DNA from: a virus
IMG/VR virus record: IMGVR_UViG_3300042387_000725
Span: 25,156 to 89,155 of that record
Strand: one strand, 5' to 3'
DNA: 64,000 nt
Shown: piece after piece, positions 56,925 through 64,000 of the stretch
Position numbering within the stretch: the stretch's first letter is position 1
Layout: every line of letters begins with the position of its first letter
Notes under the pieces: generated by a model
Told to the model about the DNA's origin: nothing
What the model saw: only the letters and a program-made list of their open reading frames with translations
The model's database searches: none
Made by a program: the position numbers and the translations under genes

Positions 56925-57293
56925 ATGGGAGCACGTATTAACTTTGTATTCAAGGACTCAGAGACTGCAATTGGGGAACCTTCCTCATCTGTAGTTCTAT
57001 ACAGTCACTGGGGACAAGACTCATGGGAAACAGACATTGCAGAAGCAATACACCACGCCAAGCCTAGGTGGGACGACTCTTCATATGCAACACGTATGAT
57101 GATTAGTTATCTTATTCAAGATAGCGTTCTTGATGAAACAGGGTTTGGTATTTATTCTATCAGCGGTACCAACTATGACCTAGGTGAGCAGACTATCGTA
57201 ATTGACCTTGCTAACAAGACTGTTACTGATTCAGTGCCTGTATCATTTGAGGCATTTATTAATGCATATGGTCCACAACCAATAACTATCTAA
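56925..57293 (+). CDS. Hypothetical protein (MGAR...LYSHWG)
   Basis: Conserved-looking motif, SD ggag. Confidence 0.7.
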   Translation: MGARINFVFKDSETAIGEPSSSVVLYSHWGQDSWETDIAEAIHHAKPRWDDSSYATRMMISYLIQDSVLDETGFGIYSISGTNYDLGEQTIVIDLANKTVTDSVPVSFEAFINAYGPQPITI

Positions 57294-57304
57294 GGAGAAA
57301 TAAC

Positions 57305-57469
57305 ATGGCAGCAAAGAAGAAAAATAAACTAAAGACAATTCCATATCTAGAAACTTGGGACACACGCTACGGTAAGTCACAGCGTATTGTCTATCGCAAG
57401 GGTGGTAAGTTCGTGGATAATACATCCCTTACCGCTCTCAAAGCGGGGGCCAGGGTCGCCTCTCGCTAA
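57305..57469 (+). CDS. Small basic protein
   Basis: SD aaggag; MAAKKKNK... Confidence 0.65.
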   Translation: MAAKKKNKLKTIPYLETWDTRYGKSQRIVYRKGGKFVDNTSLTALKAGARVASR

Positions 57470-57549
57470 GTAACAGGGGAGCGTAATTTGTGGTGGGTTG
57501 CGCTCCCCACCTACTTTTGCTATAATTAAAAGTTACCATTGGAGAATAA

Positions 57550-57768
57550 ATGTATAAGGTAGTAAAGTTAGCAAAGAGTCCAGAGGAGAAGGTGGCTAAC
57601 AAGATTGTTGTCTTGCTCTCTGACCTATCGCTAGACTTAGAGGCTGTTGGACTTTATCTTGCCAGAATTGCTCCACACATTATTTATCGCAGGGGATTAG
57701 AAGTCTTAGAAGCAATGGAGTATAATAAAGAGGTTCAGGAATTAGACAGAGGAGCATATCGTGAATAA
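57550..57768 (+). CDS. Hypothetical protein
   Basis: SD ggag, TATAAT -10. Confidence 0.7.
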   Translation: MYKVVKLAKSPEEKVANKIVVLLSDLSLDLEAVGLYLARIAPHIIYRRGLEVLEAMEYNKEVQELDRGAYRE

Positions 57769-58021
57769 CTTTGAAAACAAAATTACTATCCTTGCTGAGC
57801 TTTGGATGAACTATCGTGATGATGATCAAATAAAAGATTTTGTAGAATACAATGATTTGGGTTTGCCACTTGCATATTTGCTAACCAATGAAATTGTTTT
57901 TCCAACAGCCCAAGCAGAAATATATATTAACGAAACCTACGACCTGCTCATCGCCGCCCTTGATGTGGAAGACCTGGAGTATGAATCACTTGATGAGATG
58001 ATGGGCTACGCTGAGGAGTAG
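57761..58021 (+). CDS. Hypothetical protein
   Basis: ILAELWMNYR...YNDLGLPLAY. Confidence 0.75.
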   Translation: MNNFENKITILAELWMNYRDDDQIKDFVEYNDLGLPLAYLLTNEIVFPTAQAEIYINETYDLLIAALDVEDLEYESLDEMMGYAEE

Positions 58022-58825
58022 TGGGGCCCCGAGGAAATCATATCAAAACGGACATTAAGGACAAACCTTATTTTCCCCAAACCACATTACGAAAGCGCTA
58101 GAATTTTCCCGAAAAAACATTAAGAACCAACTTTGAAAAATCCCTGAACTTTCCCAAACCTTATACCATACAAACCATATATTTGTCAAACCAGGTGTAT
58201 AATTATATTATGACAAGAAATCATTTCTCCAAGCGAGGTGGACCTTACTTTGTCAATGATGGTTTTCCTAAGTATGTAAAACAAAAACCAAATAAAGGTT
58301 TGTCTATTGTTTCTACTATAGGTAAGATTAGATCTCTCTTCAAATTCCCCCGATCCAAGCCAGCTAAATAGTCCTGTTAGACATTACGATCCCCTGCGTT
58401 TTTGGCGGGGGATTACGAAAGTATAACCATTTCCCCTAGTATAATAAACATTACGATATCAAACCTTTTCTCCTGGTTTTTAGATATTATCCAAACCTTT
58501 TAAATCTTTTTGCTGGATTTTTGATCAATTTTGCTACATTTTTTTAGGCTATAAAGGTTTGACAAATAGAAGGTTTGGAGGTATAATCCGCTATCCAGAT
58601 ATAAGGTTTGACAAATGGAAAGGTTTGTGATAGGAGGTTTGGCCCGTTAGACATTACGAACCCTTTTGTATAAATGCTCAATAACCCACTTCACTCCACT
58701 TTCCTCCACCAAGACCATATCTAAAAAATATCAGTAACATTTAATTGTGGATAAACCTGTGGATAACTCTTAAGTAAAGGCTAACAAACCTTAAGTAAAG
58801 GCTAAGAAACCTGTGGATAACTATC
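58022..58825. other. Putative replication origin: iteron-like repeats and three DnaA boxes
   Basis: Largely non-coding; ACATTACGA and AAGGTTTG repeats; TGTGGATAA at 58746, 58758, 58812. Confidence 0.55.
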
Positions 58826-59269
58826 TGATATCATAGACACATGAAACTTATTTTGATCATATCACTAGGTATATTTATCTTTCTCAACTACATGGCATAT
58901 CTCCAGCAACTCCGTATGACTGGATAAAAACCAGGGAATAGACAAACCACGCCATCTGGCGTATACTTAATATATGCGTATCGTGATATGTCCTAAATGC
59001 AAAAGAGAAATCCAGGTTAAATCCCCATTCGCCTATATGACCTTAAATAACCATAGTAAGGTTTGTTAGTTATACTAGGGATTACGAAGCTCTCTTTTAT
59101 TTCCCCGAAATTTGGTATACTTTAATTATGCCTAAAGTATTATGCTTTAATTGTGGTGGGTCTTTTGATCTGCCTTACTACCTTGGAACTCCAACAAAAG
59201 CCTGTCCAAAATGTTATCCAGAATATTACCATGAGGTAAACTGCGCTTGCACGAAATGTATGCCATAGT

Positions 59270-59953
59270 ATGATACCTAAGATAATCTGGCAAACCCATG
59301 AATGGGAATATGAGGACTTGCCATATGATTTTAAGATGGCTTCTTTGACTTGGAAAAACCTAAACCCAGATTGGCAGCATAAGTACGTAAGCAAGAAGGA
59401 TAGAGAAAAACATATAGCAGAATACGACAAAAATCTTTTAAGGTTTTACAATAGCTGTGATGGCATAACTCAGTCAGATATCTGGAGATATGTAGTTCTA
59501 TATCTTCATGGTGGTGTTTATGTTGATATGGATACCCTGGCCTGTGGAAAACTAACTGAGATTCTACCTGAGTTTGATAAGGGCAAAGATTTTTTCTGCA
59601 TGCCTTATTTTTATATTGATGGCAAAAAATCAGTAGTAACTGGTGCACATGCTGCACCTAGAAATTCACACATTGCTAATAAACTTGCTAGAGATATCTG
59701 TTTAACCAAAGACGAGAAAGCCCTTTCAGATGATTTTATGTTTGATCAAGAGGAAAAGCTTCGCTTTGGTTGGAACCTTATAAGCGATTGCATACTAAAA
59801 TATGAAGATAGTATAGGATTTAACTTTACAGATCAAGTTATTAGACACTGGCCATCTGGACAAGAGTTTAAATATAACCCAGGCATTATGGTATTTTTTG
59901 ATTTTAATTGGTACTCATATGAAGATTTATCAAGTCTGCACGGTTGGAAATAA
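59270..59953 (+). CDS. Glycosyltransferase, DxD sugar-binding (GT32/OCH1-like)
   Basis: MIPKIIWQT...SDIWRYVVLYLHGGVYVDMD. Confidence 0.9.
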   Translation: MIPKIIWQTHEWEYEDLPYDFKMASLTWKNLNPDWQHKYVSKKDREKHIAEYDKNLLRFYNSCDGITQSDIWRYVVLYLHGGVYVDMDTLACGKLTEILPEFDKGKDFFCMPYFYIDGKKSVVTGAHAAPRNSHIANKLARDICLTKDEKALSDDFMFDQEEKLRFGWNLISDCILKYEDSIGFNFTDQVIRHWPSGQEFKYNPGIMVFFDFNWYSYEDLSSLHGWK

Positions 59954-60673
59954 ATCACTAAAATCAATCTGACTTTCTGCCATTAGATTACTAACCACAT
60001 TTGTATAGCTTTCACAAATAGCGTGTGAATATCTGAACTTACTGTGTATATAAAAAAATATAAAGTATTTATTTCCAGATGTTACTGTATGACCTGTATG
60101 TACCTCATCAGTTGAAAAGAATACAACGCTTCCAGCCTTTGGAGATATGCTGTATCCAAGGTCATTAAACTCCAATTTTCCGCCCTCATAATCGTCATTT
60201 AAATAGACTAAAGCAGTCCAGTCATGAGGGTGTATACCACCGTTATGGTCATTATCAGTATGTGGGCCAAAAGTCTCTGAGGTCTTATACTTCTTTATTG
60301 TATAATTTTTTGTTATTATATCTGGCACCTCATTGTTTGTTATTTCAGCCCATACCTTTAAGACCTCTTTATATGGCTCATCAATCATTTTTATAATTTC
60401 ATAGCTATTTAAGTGATCTTCATCATAGTCTTTATCAACATGTTTTAGTGGCCAGCGATTATAGTTAATATAATAATCCCAGTTTATTTTTTTAACCCAC
60501 CCTTTATTGTGTGTTATTACCCAAGTGCCATTTTCAGCATGACCCTCTAGCCATTCATCCCACTTAGGAATAACAGTATTAGTATTATTTTCAATAGCCT
60601 CAACAAAGTCTTTAGCTAAAGGAAAAGCATCTTCTATGTATATAACATTACCTTTTAGTATATTGACCTTCAT
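59930..60673 (-). CDS. 2OG-Fe(II) oxygenase
   Basis: HTD...YLNDDYEGGKL...HTG...KY. Confidence 0.9.
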   Translation of the reverse strand: MKVNILKGNVIYIEDAFPLAKDFVEAIENNTNTVIPKWDEWLEGHAENGTWVITHNKGWVKKINWDYYINYNRWPLKHVDKDYDEDHLNSYEIIKMIDEPYKEVLKVWAEITNNEVPDIITKNYTIKKYKTSETFGPHTDNDHNGGIHPHDWTALVYLNDDYEGGKLEFNDLGYSISPKAGSVVFFSTDEVHTGHTVTSGNKYFIFFYIHSKFRYSHAICESYTNVVSNLMAESQIDFSDLFPTVQT

Positions 60674-60739
60674 ATCAAATATTATACCATTTTGCTTAAT
60701 ATGCTATAATCTTTGTATAGATAAAGATAGAGGTGTAAG

Positions 60740-60925
60740 ATGGGCATAGCTGATAGTACTTTTCGTGGAGCAGCCACAAGGTATATGGAGTCTTTGAAGA
60801 AAAAAGAAAAATGTTATTTCTGCGACCACAAGGCTGAGTATAATCAGGTGATAGATTTAGGTCAACATGGATACTCTATATCTGGTGTATGCAAGTCTCA
60901 CCTTGAGATGGGTCTTTCTTCTTGA
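60740..60925 (+). CDS. Zn-finger microprotein
   Basis: CYFC...CKSH; SD gaggtg. Confidence 0.65.
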   Translation: MGIADSTFRGAATRYMESLKKKEKCYFCDHKAEYNQVIDLGQHGYSISGVCKSHLEMGLSS

Positions 60926-61024
60926 GCAATTTTAGTATGTTAACCGATAGTGCCCTTTAGGGCATATGTAGGTATATAACTTCTATTTTGCGCCGAACTT
61001 TAAAAGAATGGTATTATTCAATAT

Positions 61025-61699
61025 ATGGAAGATAAGAAAGTTTTTATAGATAAAGATTTATGGTACATACCAAATTTTTTGACTGAAGAAGAGTCTGCTG
61101 CTTTAAAAAAATATTGCGATGATCCAAATGAATGGTACATCACCTCTAGATCACCATCTATACGAAATAAATTTATTGGTGTAAAAACTGATACCCATCC
61201 ACAAGGAACTGTGTGCCCTACAAGAGGAATTGACTTAAGCCTAAGTGCAGTTTTCCCAACAGATAAAAACTTAAGGTATTATGATATATTGTTTTGGGGT
61301 GCTGGAGGATTACTAGAAAGACTATCAGATGTTCTGCCTAAAGATTTAGTAAAAAATACAACCCTTCAATCTTTTTGGCCATTTGAAGAAGGCGTTGATA
61401 AATATGGTGCATTTAGATGGCATCATGAAAAGGGTAATCCAGGTCAAAAAGATGATGGACTAACAGGAGCTTGGTCTTTATATTTAAATGATGATTTTGA
61501 AGGTGGTGAGTTACTATTTAAGTATAAGCCAGAAATTAGAATCAAACCTAGTCCTGGTATGCTTGTAAATATTCCAATAACAAAAGAGTTTACGCACAAA
61601 GTCACCCCTGTAAAATCTGGCATAAGACATACACTATACGGCATCTGCTATGATGATCAATATGCTGATCGCACAGTATCCAGTGCAGATAATTGCTAA
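61025..61699 (+). CDS. 2OG-Fe(II) oxygenase (HxE type)
   Basis: WHHE...YLNDDFEGGEL...HKV...RH. Confidence 0.88.
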   Translation: MEDKKVFIDKDLWYIPNFLTEEESAALKKYCDDPNEWYITSRSPSIRNKFIGVKTDTHPQGTVCPTRGIDLSLSAVFPTDKNLRYYDILFWGAGGLLERLSDVLPKDLVKNTTLQSFWPFEEGVDKYGAFRWHHEKGNPGQKDDGLTGAWSLYLNDDFEGGELLFKYKPEIRIKPSPGMLVNIPITKEFTHKVTPVKSGIRHTLYGICYDDQYADRTVSSADNC

Positions 61700-61878
61700 A
61701 TACGCATTTGACTTAAGTAACCCTAAAGGGTATACTTGATATATGACTAGAAAATGCTATGTTTGCCGTAGGCATATTGATGACAATAATACTTTCTTTG
61801 TAAATCCCGCCAATGGTAGGGTGGCTGCAAATGGCGTTGCATTCTGTATGGAATGTATCCCAGCACAGGATGTTGCAG

Positions 61879-62088
61879 ATGTTAACTAGTCTTGAGATTC
61901 CTGATCCATTTGAAACCTTTGTAGCTAAAAAGTATGCAAGCGCTAAAGGATTAGTGTATGACTTCTTTGCTAAGGAGTGGTATCTTAAGGCTGCTTGTTG
62001 TGGTGAAGAATTGTATGCCCCGAACAAAAAGACCATGACCAAGATTCGCCTTTACCATAGTAGGAATGAGTGTCTAAATGGCTATTGA
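61879..62088 (+). CDS. Hypothetical protein
   Basis: CCGEEL...HSRNEC; start uncertain. Confidence 0.55.
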   Translation: MLTSLEIPDPFETFVAKKYASAKGLVYDFFAKEWYLKAACCGEELYAPNKKTMTKIRLYHSRNECLNGY

Positions 62089-62338
62089 TTGGGATAAGCC
62101 AATACCAGAGAAACTATTTGAAGACTGTATTAGATGTGGTGAGTTTATTATTTCTGATGACAAAGCTGAGATAGCCTTATTTATGATAGATCATTACGGA
62201 GAAACCCGTACGTGCAAGGCTAATTGGGTTATATTCTGCAATACTTGTGGAGATGACTATAGTTCTATTGACTTCTGGGATGTTCATCAGACAATGGAAC
62301 AGGGAAAGATTTGGTGTGTAAGTGACAAAAGAATGTAG
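62078..62338 (+). CDS. Cys-rich hypothetical protein
   Basis: CIRC...CNTC. Confidence 0.6.
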   Translation: MAIDWDKPIPEKLFEDCIRCGEFIISDDKAEIALFMIDHYGETRTCKANWVIFCNTCGDDYSSIDFWDVHQTMEQGKIWCVSDKRM

Positions 62339-62790
62339 CCATACTTGGTATATGCGTGAAGAAGGTATACAATGTACTAAGTGCCTAATTATATGGGAGA
62401 GCGATGAAAGAACCTAAGATTATGAAGATGGATTGGAAATCACTAGGATATGAAAGAGAGTATAAAGATGGAAGATTACGATGGGTACCTAGGGAAGTTT
62501 ACCAAGCAGCACAGGACGAAGATACTTCCGCTTAGGTGGATATCCAATGGCTGTGAGTTTATTGGTAGTTATCATTTAATCAAAGCTTTGCGTTTGGATC
62601 ATGTAGGTAATTTTGGTTTTGCTAATAAATACCATTCGTTTATGTCAGACTTATTCTATAAGCCTTACTTTAAGTGGGGCACAGTATATGAGTTAGACCA
62701 TGACAAACCTGATGTTGCTTAAATATTTAGGCTATGGTAAAATAGATTGTATCTTATATCACAAATAATATGAACAGGGGTTAGTACCAA

Positions 62791-63621
62791 ATGAATGCAA
62801 TTGTATATTCTGTTTACGTTGAAGGTGCAGACCTTTGCGATAATTATAACTTTGAGCAATTTAAAACATCTTATAAAACTTTGAGAAAGTTTAATAAAGA
62901 ATTGCCAGTGAAAGTATATCTTTGTGCGCCATCTGCAACGGACATTGACCAGATATATTCATACAATGACGATAATTTAGAGTTTATCCTTTTTAATTTA
63001 TCTATTGATGAAAGACTAACTGGTGGTATATATGCTAGATGGACTGGTCATAAGTGGCCAAATACCATTGCTGCATTAAAGACTTTTGACTTTGACAATG
63101 TTCTGTATATAGATACCGACACATTTTTCCAAAAAGATCCAGCGTACCTTTTTGATAAATATGGCTACACAGATAGCATAATCGGTAAAGAAGAGGGTCA
63201 AGATAAGTGGACAAAAAAGTTTAATCATCCATATCTAGGTATGAATGATGGTCAGCAACTAGTCAGTAAACTATGCCTTCCCTATCTTAAGGACCTAATA
63301 CAGTATAGAGACGATGCAGTATATAAGCTTCAAGAAGAAAATAAAGATAATCCAGATAAAGAGTTTAATATTGCTATTCAGTATGTATATGGGCAGTATG
63401 CGGTTTCAGACTTTTTGCTTTCAATTAATAAACCATTAAAGCAATTTGATAACTCAGATGTAATGGTAATATCTTATCCAGATAGGTTCTTTAGTATGGG
63501 TGATGCTAAAGATGACATATGCCTGTTACACTATTTTAATACTAATATGGCAATCTTTGATCCTGCTGCATATGAAGTATATAGAATAAATAATCTAAGT
63601 GGTTCTAGGAAAAAAAGATAA
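62791..63621 (+). CDS. GT-A nucleotide-diphospho-sugar transferase (GT8-like)
   Basis: NVLYIDTDTFF DxD motif, MNDGQ, LLHYF. Confidence 0.75.
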   Translation: MNAIVYSVYVEGADLCDNYNFEQFKTSYKTLRKFNKELPVKVYLCAPSATDIDQIYSYNDDNLEFILFNLSIDERLTGGIYARWTGHKWPNTIAALKTFDFDNVLYIDTDTFFQKDPAYLFDKYGYTDSIIGKEEGQDKWTKKFNHPYLGMNDGQQLVSKLCLPYLKDLIQYRDDAVYKLQEENKDNPDKEFNIAIQYVYGQYAVSDFLLSINKPLKQFDNSDVMVISYPDRFFSMGDAKDDICLLHYFNTNMAIFDPAAYEVYRINNLSGSRKKR

Positions 63622-63641
63622 TAGCAGTAACTGTTTTATTG

Positions 63642-63715
63642 GTGCCAGTAGCTTAGTTGGTTAAAGCCCCAAACTCATAATTTGGTAATCGTAGGTTCAA
63701 GTCCTACCTGGCACA
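63642..63715 (+). tRNA. tRNA with CAT anticodon (Met or lysidine-Ile2)
   Basis: GTGCCAG/CTGGCAC acceptor, CCAAA-CTCATAA-TTTGG arm. Confidence 0.9.
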
Positions 63716-63719
63716 CTAG

Positions 63720-63792
63720 TGGTCTGTAGCTCAGTTGGTAGAGCGCCGAACTGTTAATTCGGATGTCGCAGGATCGTGACCTGCCAGACCAG
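63720..63792 (+). tRNA. tRNA-Asn(GTT)
   Basis: TGGTCTG/CAGACCA acceptor, CCGAA-CTGTTAA-TTCGG arm; atypical T-loop ATCGTGA. Confidence 0.88.
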
Positions 63793-63796
63793 CAAT

Positions 63797-63870
63797 GCGG
63801 ATGTTGCATAATGGTAGTGCCTCTGCCTTCCAAGCAGATAGTGCCAGTTCAATTCTGGTCATCCGCTCCA
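63797..63870 (+). tRNA. tRNA-Gly(TCC)
   Basis: GCGGATG/CATCCGC acceptor, TCTGC-CTTCCAA-GCAGA arm, encoded CCA. Confidence 0.93.
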
Positions 63871-63871
63871 A

Positions 63872-63944
63872 GTCCTTATAGCTCAGTTGGTAGAGCAGCA
63901 GACTTTTAATCTGCGGGTCACTGGTTCAAGCCCAGTTGGGGACA
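63872..63944 (+). tRNA. tRNA-Lys(TTT)
   Basis: GTCCTTA/TGGGGAC acceptor, GCAGA-CTTTTAA-TCTGC arm. Confidence 0.93.
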
Positions 63945-63945
63945 C

Positions 63946-64000
63946 GCCTTTGTAGCTCAGGGGATAGAGCGACGGACTTCTAATCCGCAGGTCGCAGGTT
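63946..64000 (+). tRNA. tRNA-Arg(TCT), truncated by window end
   Basis: D-arm GCTC/GAGC, anticodon loop CTTCTAA, start of T-arm. Confidence 0.85.

Noticed and set aside
45600-58000. LexA SOS boxes as the explanation for the promoter motifs
   Set aside because: No actinobacterial TCGAAC-N4-GTTCGA sites were seen; the motif matches the LexA-independent type.
58184-58203. A fourteenth PafBC-type promoter (TGTCAA...TATAAT)
   Set aside because: Spacer is 8 nt rather than 10, and it overlaps the origin-like repeats.

Overview
A 64-kb AT-rich segment of a large tailed siphovirus-type phage. The host is inferred to be a freshwater Actinobacterium from many leaderless promoters, actinobacterial PafBC- and CRP-type promoter motifs, and a monomeric class II ribonucleotide reductase. 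Positions 1-42.7 kb (minus strand) are a late/structural arm: tape measure (runs off the window), duplicated tail chaperones, tail tube, neck, capsid, protease with nested scaffold, portal, nrdJ and tail fibres. This arm also holds two FN3 proteins with pure Pro/Phe (PPFF)n tails, one of which heads a 10-kb cluster of modification enzymes (7 2OG-Fe(II) hydroxylases, a radical SAM/SPASM enzyme, a glycosyltransferase, an SDR and a split S74 chaperone). Positions 45-58 kb (mainly plus strand) are an early region built of repeated cassettes. It has 13 promoters with the exact TGTCAS-N10-TANNNT geometry of the actinobacterial PafBC DNA-damage promoter, about 13 CRP-like boxes, DnaA boxes, many Cys-rich microproteins, and a family of about 30-nt covarying H-type RNA pseudoknots that also form tandem arrays. 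An origin-like repeat region, more oxygenases and glycosyltransferases, and a tRNA cluster follow. All protein calls come from motifs and gene context read by eye; no database searches were run.
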